Of a stretch of DNA of 64,000 nt, positions 32,530 to 41,537 are shown piece by piece. The notes under the pieces were generated by a model. The model was not told where the DNA came from. It worked only from the letters and a program-made list of their open reading frames with translations, and made no database searches. Numbering within the stretch: position 1 is the first letter of the stretch; each line of letters starts with the position of its first letter. A program made the translations under genes and the position numbers. The stretch is taken from positions 1,056,001-1,120,000 of the forward strand of contig OY970194.1 in assembly GCA_963708075.1 (NCBI GenBank), in the 5' to 3' direction. The stretch is from Sedimentisphaerales bacterium (lineage in GTDB: Bacteria > Planctomycetota > Phycisphaerae > Sedimentisphaerales > Anaerobacaceae).

Positions 32530-33364
32530 ACGGAGCGTGGCGATTCTGGGGGGCAGGGGCATGCTCGGAAGCGATCTGGCGGAGGAGTGCGAACGCCGTG
32601 GGTTCGAGGTCCGAGCCTGTGACCTTCCGGAGTGTGATATTCTCAATCGCGGGCAGGTCGCAGAGGCGGTCGATGCAGTGGATGCCATTATCAACTGTGC
32701 CGCCTATACAAACGTGGATGGAGCGGAGAGCCAGAAGGAGCTGGCCCATCGCGTCAATGGCGAGGCGGTGGGGCAGTTGGGTCGCCTGGCGGCCGAGAGA
32801 CACAAGTGGGTCCTTCATTTCAGCACGGATTTTGTCTTTGACGGCGAGTTGGACCGGCCTTACGTGGAAACCGATCCGCCGAATCCGATCAACGAGTATG
32901 GCAGGAGCAAACTGGCCGGCGAGCGGCTCTTGGCGCAGAGCGGCTGCTCCCATTGCATCGTCCGCTTGGAGTGGACCTACGGAACGCATGGGAACAACTT
33001 CGTGAAGAAGATTATCGAGCGGGCCCGCACGAGCAGCCAACTGAAAGTGGTCAGTGACCAGGTCGGCTCGCCCACAGCGACAACGGAAGTGGCCGGGGTC
33101 GTCTGCAGGCTTCTGGAGCAGCGTGTGGAAGGCCTGTTCCATTTCGCCGGCAGCGGTTATGCCAGCCGCTTCGACGTGGCGAAGTTCATCGCGGAGCAGC
33201 TATCTCTCAATGTGGAGGTATTGCCCTGTTCCAGCTCCGAGTTCCAACTGCCTGCCCGGCGGCCGCTGAACAGCCGCTTCGATTGCCGCAAAATCCAGGC
33301 ACTGCTGAGTGAACCTATCAGGTCATGGCGGGAGTCCATGGCGCATTTTCTGAGGCAGCTATGA
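32522..33364 (+). CDS. rmlD: dTDP-4-dehydrorhamnose reductase
   Basis: GGRGMLG, NCAAYTNVDGAE, STDFVFDG, YGRSKLAGE, DQVGSPT. Confidence 0.93.
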   Translation: MGKRSVAILGGRGMLGSDLAEECERRGFEVRACDLPECDILNRGQVAEAVDAVDAIINCAAYTNVDGAESQKELAHRVNGEAVGQLGRLAAERHKWVLHFSTDFVFDGELDRPYVETDPPNPINEYGRSKLAGERLLAQSGCSHCIVRLEWTYGTHGNNFVKKIIERARTSSQLKVVSDQVGSPTATTEVAGVVCRLLEQRVEGLFHFAGSGYASRFDVAKFIAEQLSLNVEVLPCSSSEFQLPARRPLNSRFDCRKIQALLSEPIRSWRESMAHFLRQL

Positions 33365-34374
33365 GAAACATCCTTGTGACGGGCGGCGCCGGCTTCATCG
33401 GGAGCAACTTCGTGCGGATGGTCCTCGCGGAGCATCCGGACTGTCACGTGGTCAACCTCGACAAGCTGACCTACGCCGGCAATCTCGAGAGCCTGGTGGA
33501 CGTGCTGGACAACAAGCGGCACCGATTCGTGCACGGCGATATCTGTGACGGCCCGCTCGTCGAGAAGATTATCAACGACTGTCGAATCGACGCCGTCATC
33601 AATTTCGCCGCCGAGAGTCACGTGGATCGCTCGATCACCGGCCCAAAGATCTTCATCGAGACCAATGTCACCGGCACGTTGACGCTATTGCAGGCCGCGC
33701 GCGACAAGAAGGTGGAACGTTTCATCCAGGTCTCCACCGACGAGGTCTACGGCTCCCTCGGCCCGCAGGGCAAGTTCACCGAGCAAAGCCCCTTGAGTCC
33801 GAACTCGCCCTATTCCGCGAGTAAGGCCGGGGCCGATCTCCTGGTAGGGGCCTTCGGTCATACCTGGGGCATCCGGTACAACATCACGCGATGCTCCAAC
33901 AACTACGGCCCGTACCAGTTCCCCGAAAAGCTCATCCCGCTGATGATCAACAACGCTCTCCACGACAAGGAACTGCCCGTCTACGGCGACGGCCTGTACG
34001 TCCGCGACTGGATCTACGTCTACGACCACTGCACGGCGATCTGGCAGGTGCTGGAGAAGGCCCCACCGGGCGAGATCTACAACATCGGCGGCTGCAACGA
34101 GAAGGCCAACCTCGAAGTGATCGAGATCATCCTCGAGCGGCTCCACAAACCGAAGACCCTGATCCGCCACGTGACGGACCGCCCGGGCCACGACCGCCGC
34201 TACGCCATCGAAGCCGGCAAGATCATCCACGACCTGGGTTGGAAGCCCTCGGTAACCTTCGAGCAGGGCATGGCCCGAACCATCGACTGGTACCTGGACA
34301 ACCAGCCCTGGCTCGCCCACGTCATCTCCGGCGACTACCAGAAGTACTACGAATCCATGTACGGCAACCGCTGA
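33361..34374 (+). CDS. rmlB: dTDP-glucose 4,6-dehydratase
   Basis: TGGAGFIGSNF, DKLTYAGN, AAESHVDRSI, STDEVYG, YSASK, DRPGHDRRY. Confidence 0.96.
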   Translation: MRNILVTGGAGFIGSNFVRMVLAEHPDCHVVNLDKLTYAGNLESLVDVLDNKRHRFVHGDICDGPLVEKIINDCRIDAVINFAAESHVDRSITGPKIFIETNVTGTLTLLQAARDKKVERFIQVSTDEVYGSLGPQGKFTEQSPLSPNSPYSASKAGADLLVGAFGHTWGIRYNITRCSNNYGPYQFPEKLIPLMINNALHDKELPVYGDGLYVRDWIYVYDHCTAIWQVLEKAPPGEIYNIGGCNEKANLEVIEIILERLHKPKTLIRHVTDRPGHDRRYAIEAGKIIHDLGWKPSVTFEQGMARTIDWYLDNQPWLAHVISGDYQKYYESMYGNR

Positions 34375-34382
34375 GCCTCTTC

Positions 34383-34484
34383 GTAGGTCGTGCGTCCCCG
34401 CACGACCGGTCTGGGCCCTTGCAGTGGATTGGATATGATGCAAAGCCACGGCCCTGGAGGGACGAGCGAGGACGCTCATCCCAC
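34383..34484. repeat. Convergent pair of GTAG/GTGG-type REP hairpins
   Basis: GTAGGTCGTGCGTCCCCGCACGACC (34383-34407) and inverted GTGGGATGAGCGTCCTCGCTCGTCCC (34459-34484); related copies at 41348-41418. Confidence 0.8.
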
Positions 34485-34625
34485 GTGGAGCCCCCCACAT
34501 CCGCCACCGAAAGCCGGCCGCACCCCGCATTCGTACGGAAGCCCTTTTTTCATGAGGCTCCCTTACTCCTTCCGTGATAAGGAGTTAAGAGAACAGAAAA
34601 TAGTGAGTCAATGTTTGAATTCCTG

Positions 34626-34654
34626 TTGACAGGAGGGAATGGTGAATATACCAT
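34626..34654 (+). promoter_or_regulatory. Sigma70-type promoter for the HNH-AP2 transcript
   Basis: TTGACA-17 nt-TACCAT. Confidence 0.6.
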
Positions 34655-34661
34655 AACTGGA

Positions 34662-34818
34662 AGAAAGCTCGAAATTCGAATATCGAAACCCGAAACAGAC
34701 TCAAAATCTGAAGGCTTCGAGGACCGAAACGCTGTCGCTGGGCCTGGTGCCGCTTCGAATTTCGGGATTTGGGACCTTCGTGCTTGTTTCGAATTTCGAC
34801 ATTCGGGTTTCGTATTTC
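34662..34818 (+). repeat. Long imperfect hairpin built of ~7-nt units (GAAAnnC / GnnTTTC)
   Basis: Left arm GAAATTC GAATATC GAAACCC GAAACA can pair, with G-U pairs, to TGTTTC GAATTTC GACATTC GGGTTTC. Confidence 0.8.
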
Positions 34819-34870
34819 CCGTCCTGCGGGTGTTTCGTGCTTCGGATCTTCTTTTGAAAAGGGGAGAACC

Positions 34871-35767
34871 ATGAAGAAGGTTGCGAGAGACAAGAAGAGC
34901 AGGACCACGGCCCCAGTTAGCCGGAAGCGGACCGGCCGTGTGCCGCCGCCGGAGAGCGAGTTGTGGCCCCTGTGGTGCCGTGGCAAGCTCTGGACGCGCG
35001 AGGCGGCCCGATGGTTTGCGGGTCGCTGCCAGTTGTGCGCGTACGCCTGTCGGCCGCCCGAGAGCCGCCGCCGGCTGGACAAGCTGGCTGCGTTGCCGAC
35101 CTTTCTGATCTGCACGAATCACCCGGCCAGTCCCGGCCGGATGCGCGAGGTTATGCCCACGGAGAAGTGCCGGAACTTCATGGCCCAGCGCTGGCGACTG
35201 CCGAGAGTCAAATCGCCCCAAAGGATGCCGCATCCGCAGGCCTGTGGACCCAAAGGCAAGGTCCGACACATCCCGTTAGGTCATGGCCTGTTCGCCACCG
35301 TCGATGCCGCGGACTACAAGTGGCTCAGCAAATACAAGTGGTCCGCCGTCAACATGTACGACCATATCTACGCAATCCGCCACGGCGACAGGCATCGGAC
35401 GGTGTACATGCATCGCGAAGTCGCGCACGCCACCAAGGGCTCCGTCGTGGACCACGCCGACCACAATACCTTGAACAACCGCCAGTGCAACGTCCGCCCC
35501 TGCACCCAGGCGCAGAACTCCGCCAACGCACGACCTCGCGGCGGGATCTCCGGATACGTGGGCGTCCACAAGAACGGGACAAAATGGGTTGCAGTGATCA
35601 CGTGCCGGGGCAAGAGCTACTATCTCGGGCGATTTGCCGATCCCGTCGAGGCCGCCAAGGCCCGCGACCGCATGGCCTACAAGCTCCACGGACCCTTCGC
35701 CTACCTCAACTTCCCGGAAGATTTCCCCGAACGCCGACACAAGCGGTCCTCGAAGAGGAAGGGTTGA
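34871..35767 (+). CDS. HNH endonuclease-AP2 domain protein with Cys-rich N-terminus
   Basis: GGGGAG RBS; CQLCAYAC...CTNH...CRNF; HNH VDHADHNTLNNRQCNVRPCTQAQN; AP2 SGYVGV...W...YLGRF..PVEAAKARD...AYLNFP. Confidence 0.9.
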   Translation: MKKVARDKKSRTTAPVSRKRTGRVPPPESELWPLWCRGKLWTREAARWFAGRCQLCAYACRPPESRRRLDKLAALPTFLICTNHPASPGRMREVMPTEKCRNFMAQRWRLPRVKSPQRMPHPQACGPKGKVRHIPLGHGLFATVDAADYKWLSKYKWSAVNMYDHIYAIRHGDRHRTVYMHREVAHATKGSVVDHADHNTLNNRQCNVRPCTQAQNSANARPRGGISGYVGVHKNGTKWVAVITCRGKSYYLGRFADPVEAAKARDRMAYKLHGPFAYLNFPEDFPERRHKRSSKRKG

Positions 35768-35987
35768 GGGTCGATGGGCATAAGCATTCGGCGTGGCCAG
35801 ATTGCGGGATTGGCCGATTGCCACAGGGCCAGACCTGTCGTATCGTATAATCGTGAGAGTAAGAGAGCTGTAGTTCGTCACGCCGCGAAAGCGGCGGTCG
35901 ATGAACGAAACGATCTTGCTTTCCAAGCACCAGGTGGTTCGCCACTTGGTGCTCTTTTTTTATGTACGCACTGTCCGCAGCCCAGAC

Positions 35988-36086
35988 GGCCGCAAGGCCC
36001 GCGAACTCAACAATCCCTATGCTTACCTCAGCTTCCCAGAGGATTGCCCCCACCACCGCAAGCGGTCCCAAAAACAGGAAAGGCCA
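35988..36086 (+). repeat. Degenerate copy of the AP2 3' end
   Basis: Translates GRKARELNNPYAYLSFPEDCP versus gene DRMAYKLHGPFAYLNFPEDFP. Confidence 0.8.
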
Positions 36087-36288
36087 GGCGCAAGTGTCCT
36101 TGGTTCTCCATTCGGGGGCGGCGCTAGGTTGCGGTACAACCTAGCGCGTGTTGAGGACGGCGCTAGGTGGTAATACCACATAGTGGATGTGACAGCAGGG
36201 ATAAGCGCAGCCGCCACGTCTTTCTCGGGTACCTGTCCGCGCCGTAGCTGATTCCCCACACGCCCCAGCGCAGGCGCCATCCACCCCG

Positions 36289-36400
36289 GCCAAGGCCAGC
36301 GACCGCAAGGCCCTACGCCCTCCACAGCCCCTACGCCTACCTCAACTTCCCAGAGGATTTCCCCCAGCGACGCAAGGCAGCCTCGAAATAGAGAGGGCCA
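36289..36400 (+). repeat. Second degenerate copy of the AP2 3' end
   Basis: AKASDRKA/(+1)YALHSPYAYLNFPEDFPQRRK; GCCTACCTCAACTTCCC identical to the gene. Confidence 0.85.
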
Positions 36401-36464
36401 GAGTCAGGTTAGGCCCCGTCCTGTCTGGGCCCGCGAGAATAATGAGTAATGTAGATACGGCCCC

Positions 36465-37769
36465 TCATGTCCCACTGCGGGCGGGTTTCTTAAACGAAAG
36501 GACTACCTCGCTCCGCATTCGCGTGTTCAGTGTGGCCGTGTCGCCTGATGCGGATGGTGGGGGAAGGTATCGACGATTGGCAGGGAGCGTGCGCACGCTT
36601 CGGCTCTCCAGAGTGAGCCCGAATCGCTCCGCAACAGCAGACACAATCACTGAGTTGGGAATATATGTCCCGCGGACAGTGTTCTCTCCGACTACGTATA
36701 CAGCCCTGCCGGCCGGCCTGAGTACGCGCGCAGCCTCATGCACTGTACGGCACATGTCTCTAATGTATCGCACAAGTATGCCTTTGTCTCGCGGACCTAA
36801 CTCCCGTACGACTTTCAGTTTCTCAACCAGACGGCTGACTTCTGGGCCCTGCTGGCTGGCAGTCTCGCCAACCTCAGATCCAATGCTTCTGCTACGTAGA
36901 CGGCGAAGGTCACTAATCCCATGCCCCATCCAGACAAGCGAGAACTTACTGCAGCGCATGTAGTCGATTGCGTTCAGGTAAGGCGGCGATGTTACAACCA
37001 GATCGATTGAAGCGTCATCCAGCGGGAGAGTGCGCGCATCACCCTCATAGACCTGAGTCGAAGGACCGCGTTTTCTGCTATTCCCATCAATGCAGTTTTC
37101 GACCACGCGATTTACAGATGCGAGAAACTTACGGAAGGGCTTAGACGGCGCATGGTCGAAGCATTTGTGCGGGCGGCTATGCGACAGATCCATTGCCAAT
37201 GAAGCACCAGCCTGCTTGCTGATGATTAGGCGAGAGAAAGCGCACCAGAGAACATCGCGGACTTTGTGATCGCGTATACGGTTGATTGCGACTGCTAACG
37301 AGGAAAGCTGCCGTCTGGCATAGCCATCGAACCAGTATGCGACGAAATGCCGGGTTTCATCATCCGCATGTATGGGATAAGCATCTCGCGTGGCCAGGGT
37401 CACAAAGATCCGTTTGGCGCGATGCAAGACCTCCAGTGCCCTTTCGCGGACCCTTGATGCGTCGACGGGTGTCGTCCAAACCTTGGAGATAAGGACAGCA
37501 AGGGGATCGATATCTATCCCAATAGCCCAATGTCCTTTGGAGCGAGCTACTGCAAGTACGGTCCCCGAACCCATCATTGGATCGAGCACCCTGAGCGGCT
37601 TCTCAGCGTCTGCAATTGCGTCGAGAGCGATCCCCGGCGCCATGCGTGCGGGGAAAGGATGGACGGATTCACGTCCAAGTATCTCGTAGATTGTCTTCTT
37701 GTGTGATTGCACCATTGGTTCAGCCTCGAGCATCCTGGACAACGTCCGCCGGAGGATGCGTCGGCTCAA
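36465..37769 (-). CDS. Site-specific DNA amino-methyltransferase (probably N4-cytosine)
   Basis: HPFPARM, motif I VLDPMMGSGT, motif IV VTSPPY; 4-bp overlap with the upstream gene (start could be ~37714). Confidence 0.9.
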   Translation of the reverse strand: MSRRILRRTLSRMLEAEPMVQSHKKTIYEILGRESVHPFPARMAPGIALDAIADAEKPLRVLDPMMGSGTVLAVARSKGHWAIGIDIDPLAVLISKVWTTPVDASRVRERALEVLHRAKRIFVTLATRDAYPIHADDETRHFVAYWFDGYARRQLSSLAVAINRIRDHKVRDVLWCAFSRLIISKQAGASLAMDLSHSRPHKCFDHAPSKPFRKFLASVNRVVENCIDGNSRKRGPSTQVYEGDARTLPLDDASIDLVVTSPPYLNAIDYMRCSKFSLVWMGHGISDLRRLRSRSIGSEVGETASQQGPEVSRLVEKLKVVRELGPRDKGILVRYIRDMCRTVHEAARVLRPAGRAVYVVGENTVRGTYIPNSVIVSAVAERFGLTLESRSVRTLPANRRYLPPPSASGDTATLNTRMRSEVVLSFKKPARSGT

Positions 37770-40318
37770 GATACATCGTCCGAATACTCTCTCGTAGCGG
37801 CCTCAATTGCGTCGATGACATTGGTAGCACTCTGATCTAGTTCCACACTTTCAGAACTCGCGAATATCGCGCCAGGAGCCATTTGTGCCATGGCCTTGCA
37901 CAAATCAATGAGCGTGTCGTCCGTCTCATACTTGATTGGTGGCGTCCGATGCGAAAGCTCGACCCTCAGAGCTGCATACTTGACACCGCTGCTCTTGTAT
38001 TCTTTCTGGAGGTACTCAATGGTCTCCACAATCGCTTTATAGGGCGTCTTCTTAACCTTTGTCTCCTTGATGGCCTGGACCCATGCCGCACTCTCGTTGG
38101 GCAACTGACAGTTGAGCAGGAGGTCCCTTATCTTCACTAGGCCAATCTGCTTGATTGGACGAAGCTTGACAAGCTCGGCAAGGTCGTCGATCGTGATCAA
38201 TGTGATAGTTTTGGGCCCACCTATTTTCTCCGTTTTCATGCGATCATCGGCGATTTCCTTCGCCAGCGCCGATGCTCCACCTTTGGAAGTGGGAAAATCA
38301 CGTCCCACCACGAGTGCGTGTTGGCACCTATAAGCATCCCGCTGGCGGACGATTGCTGAAACGCCCACTGTGTGAGCGGCCACTTTTCCCTTGTCAGCCT
38401 TCTTGCTCTTGGCTTCGAGGCTTACCGCATATTGGCGTGCTCTGCCCTTGTCATCTGCTGAAAGGTATGCTGTCGCGACACCATCTGGCTTACCGGGGCC
38501 CCCGATTGGCGTCACCTCGAACCCAAGACTTCTAAACGCGCTACATAGTCTGTCCTCCAGCGCATCGGCATCATTCCTCGCGTTCCGAAGCTCGAGCGAG
38601 ATGGCAAAGGCACTTTTACGTCCTGACTCATTGGCAAGATTGCGGAGCAGTTGATCCCGCAGAGTAAGGAAATCATCGATCAGGTCGCCCTTGACCCCGA
38701 TGGAGTGGAGGTGGGCCTCGGTGAGGACCTCAGCCATGGCAAGCAGTTCGAGCGGCTGACCTGCAGCCTTGCTTGCGAATTCATCGTGAAAAGTGGCGAC
38801 AAATGGGTGCCACGCATTGATTCGGAGGTAACCTGTCACCGTATCATACCGCGCAATGCCGTCGACGGGCGAGCCTTCGTAGTCAATCGTCAGACCGCTT
38901 ACGAACTTGTCTGCCTCAGCCGCGCGCCCCTCAAGGAGGCCCAAAAACGCATCACGTTCGACGGCTGATTCAAGATCCGGCACAATGAGGTAGCGGGACT
39001 TGCGCTGTCCCTTAAGTACGGCCCGAGCGAGATTGACAATTGGACTTCGCGAGAGGCTCGCGGGACTCGCAGACAACTTGCGAGCCAGCCTTGCGCCTGG
39101 CTCCTCCTCCTGATCGTACTTCTCGATTGTGGGGCGCACGGCGTTGAAGATGGCTCGGAGCACGTTCTGTGCAGTAGTGAGGAGTGGGCCTTCACTTATT
39201 GCCTCACGGTTCGACCGCAGTCCCTCATCGAGTCCGTCCATATAGACCACGAGTCGGAATCGTCCAAATGTGCCATGGCGGAGTTCATCGGGTGATATTC
39301 CAAAGTGGCCATCAACCACGTTCAGAAGTCGCCCGAACACGTAAACGAAGAAACCATAGCTGCGCCCCAGTTCGTCCGACTTTCCGGTCAACAGGTCCTT
39401 ATATGCCTCGGCATAGCCCGTGATACGTCCAAGGCCAGGAATATCGAGGCCGAATCGATGGTCGCTGGCCTTGTCAGCGTTCAAGTCCTCCGATGCCGAT
39501 ACTCCCTTGGGGCTTGGCTTGGGCGGCTGAATCAAGTCCCTGCCGAGAACCCATCGCTTTAACAATCCCTTGTCGTGCTTGCTCGGGACCAGTTTCTTTC
39601 CGTTTAGCCAGACGGCAAAATCCGGTCGCAAGGGCAATGCAGTCCGGAGTACCCATTCGAGCACGCCTGGCTTGATCTCGTGCACCTTAGGTTTGAGCGA
39701 CGACATTACCGCAATCGTCCACGAATCTGGCGATTTTTTGCCGAAGAGAACCATGTCCGCAGCCTTGAAAGCGCCAGAGCCTGTCCACGCCTTGGTCACA
39801 CGTTTCGCCTCCTCTTCGCTCAGTTGCCTCAGGGCGATCTTAATAGGAGTTGTAGGGCCTACTTCCTTTCCAACTTGCCCTTCAATTGCCGTATAGTCCA
39901 TCGACGTGGAGTAGTACTTTCCATCTCGCTTGCTGATATGAGTGAGCCGCTCAGACAGGACGTAGGTGGCCAATTTGCCGATGCCGAACTTGCCAATCTG
40001 TTGTCGGCCGCGCGGGAGTGAATCCAATTGGCGTTTATTGCTGATGCCGATCAGCCAGTGTTGCTTGAGCCCAACGACGTCCATTCCTTCGCCATCGTCG
40101 ATTACGGTGATCGTCGCATCTTGTGCGTGCATGTTTGGGGACAGAAGTAGCACCACTCGCTGCGCACCTGCATCGAAAGAGTTGGCTACCAATTCCTCAA
40201 TAGCCTTGTTTGGGCTGGCGTAAAGCCCCTCCGAGAACAAGTCGATGATCCTGTAACTCAGGAGCACATCAATGGTATCAATCGACTTGCCGATGGATAC
40301 AAAACCGGGTTCTTTCAC
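37766..40318 (-). CDS. GHKL (MORC/HATPase-like) ATPase fused to a C-terminal PD-(D/E)xK restriction-type nuclease
   Basis: EELVANSFDAGA, DDGEGM, GKFGIGK; C-terminal AFRSLGFEV...GKPDG...LEAKS. Confidence 0.85.
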   Translation of the reverse strand: MKEPGFVSIGKSIDTIDVLLSYRIIDLFSEGLYASPNKAIEELVANSFDAGAQRVVLLLSPNMHAQDATITVIDDGEGMDVVGLKQHWLIGISNKRQLDSLPRGRQQIGKFGIGKLATYVLSERLTHISKRDGKYYSTSMDYTAIEGQVGKEVGPTTPIKIALRQLSEEEAKRVTKAWTGSGAFKAADMVLFGKKSPDSWTIAVMSSLKPKVHEIKPGVLEWVLRTALPLRPDFAVWLNGKKLVPSKHDKGLLKRWVLGRDLIQPPKPSPKGVSASEDLNADKASDHRFGLDIPGLGRITGYAEAYKDLLTGKSDELGRSYGFFVYVFGRLLNVVDGHFGISPDELRHGTFGRFRLVVYMDGLDEGLRSNREAISEGPLLTTAQNVLRAIFNAVRPTIEKYDQEEEPGARLARKLSASPASLSRSPIVNLARAVLKGQRKSRYLIVPDLESAVERDAFLGLLEGRAAEADKFVSGLTIDYEGSPVDGIARYDTVTGYLRINAWHPFVATFHDEFASKAAGQPLELLAMAEVLTEAHLHSIGVKGDLIDDFLTLRDQLLRNLANESGRKSAFAISLELRNARNDADALEDRLCSAFRSLGFEVTPIGGPGKPDGVATAYLSADDKGRARQYAVSLEAKSKKADKGKVAAHTVGVSAIVRQRDAYRCQHALVVGRDFPTSKGGASALAKEIADDRMKTEKIGGPKTITLITIDDLAELVKLRPIKQIGLVKIRDLLLNCQLPNESAAWVQAIKETKVKKTPYKAIVETIEYLQKEYKSSGVKYAALRVELSHRTPPIKYETDDTLIDLCKAMAQMAPGAIFASSESVELDQSATNVIDAIEAATREYSDDVS

Positions 40319-40613
40319 AACAGTACCTCGTCTTGGACGATTTACTCCTCACTGATTCAAAGCTCTTACCAACCCGCATACGTCTGATAATTCTGTTCAA
40401 CGTACCGGTCCCTGCGACGTCGGTCCACAGCATATACTGCTCCCCTCAGGAGGTCAACTGACTTATTCGTGCGGAGTCCGATGGTAGTATGGGGGGCAGG
40501 TCCATCGTCTGCGTCAGGACCACGCGGAGAGAAACGATGGGAATGACGCACGCGGCCGGCGTGCCGAATGGGTGATCTCACGTCAGCGGTGAAAACGGAA
40601 AGGGGCCCTCTGC

Positions 40614-40979
40614 CTATCGGCTTTGATATACCACATGGAGACGGGTGGCGGCGGAGTGGAGGGGGCGGTCGAGGGTCCAGAGGGGCAGGTTGGCGAGTTG
40701 GGCGGAGGCGAGCAGGTGGATGTCGATATAGCCCAACCCCAGGCCCATCAGATGGTTCGACTCGATGAAATGCAGGACCTCTTCGTGGGCAGCGACCGGA
40801 CAGGTGCACAGGGTTTGAAGCAGGTCGAGGATTTCGTGGCGGTTCTTCAGGTTCCCGCAGGCCAATTCGCCCAACACAAAGGGATGACAAACAACGGCGG
40901 CCGCTTCGAGTTGGGCGGCCAACTCGGGCAGACCCCGGCGGAAGTGCTCCACCCAGACGGAGGTATCGACCAGGACCAT
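40614..40979 (-). CDS. vapC: VapC-like PIN domain toxin
   Basis: VLVDTSVW, GELACG, IDIHLLASA, LWTLD. Confidence 0.9.
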   Translation of the reverse strand: MVLVDTSVWVEHFRRGLPELAAQLEAAAVVCHPFVLGELACGNLKNRHEILDLLQTLCTCPVAAHEEVLHFIESNHLMGLGLGYIDIHLLASAQLANLPLWTLDRPLHSAATRLHVVYQSR

Positions 40980-40983
40980 TCTC

Positions 40984-41178
40984 TTACTTCCATGCCCGGC
41001 GCCGGCGGGGCCGCTTCAGTTGCTTCTCCGTGCCGCCGAGTTTTGCCAAGCGTTCTGCGCTTTTCTGCGCGATCAAGGCCTCCAGGCCCATGCGCACGAG
41101 CGAGGTCCGCTCCTCGACGCCCGTCAGCTTGGACGCCTTGGCAACGAGCTTATCATCTACGTTCAATGTCGTTCTCAT
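40984..41178 (-). CDS. vapB: VapB-like ribbon-helix-helix antitoxin
   Basis: MRTTLNVDDKLV...LVRMGLEALI...LAKLGG directly upstream of the PIN gene. Confidence 0.88.
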   Translation of the reverse strand: MRTTLNVDDKLVAKASKLTGVEERTSLVRMGLEALIAQKSAERLAKLGGTEKQLKRPRRRRAWK

Positions 41179-41347
41179 ACACGTGCTCCTGATGCATGGT
41201 CTATACATATATGTATGCATATCCTGATGCATATGTCAAGTGGAAATCGAGCGACGGAAAGATAAGAATGCGGCTGCGTTTCTTGGCACGGGGTGGCTCG
41301 CTGGACGGGAGAGATCACATCATAGGGCATAGCCCGCTCAATGAGAA

Positions 41348-41418
41348 GGGTCGTGCGAGGACGCACGCCCTACGAAGAGCACGACCCTCCGCGTAGGATG
41401 AGCGTCCCCGCTCGTCCC
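41348..41418. repeat. Divergent pair of GTAG-type REP hairpins
   Basis: Inverted GTAGGGCGTGCGTCCTCGCACGACCC (41348-41373) and GTAGGATGAGCGTCCCCGCTCGTCCC (41393-41418). Confidence 0.8.
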
Positions 41419-41480
41419 TTTTTGGCGTGTGTCGGGGGCCGGATCACAGGCGTAGGACACTCATGTAGAGGGTGGAATAG

Positions 41481-41513
41481 AACAGGGCTCCCCGCGATTG
41501 GGGAGCCCTGGTT
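41481..41513 (-). terminator. Intrinsic terminator after the glutamate synthase-like gene
   Basis: CAGGGCTCCCC/GGGGAGCCCTG stem. Confidence 0.65.
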
Positions 41514-41537
41514 CAACTTTGTGCTGTGAAGCCGGGA

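Noticed and set aside
34662..34850. CRISPR array
   Set aside because: Units are ~7 nt without spacers and form an inverted repeat; no cas genes. No CRISPR array was seen anywhere in the window
35654..36400. Diversity-generating retroelement (VR/TR pair)
   Set aside because: Differences between the copies are not confined to adenines, indels are present, and no reverse transcriptase is in the window
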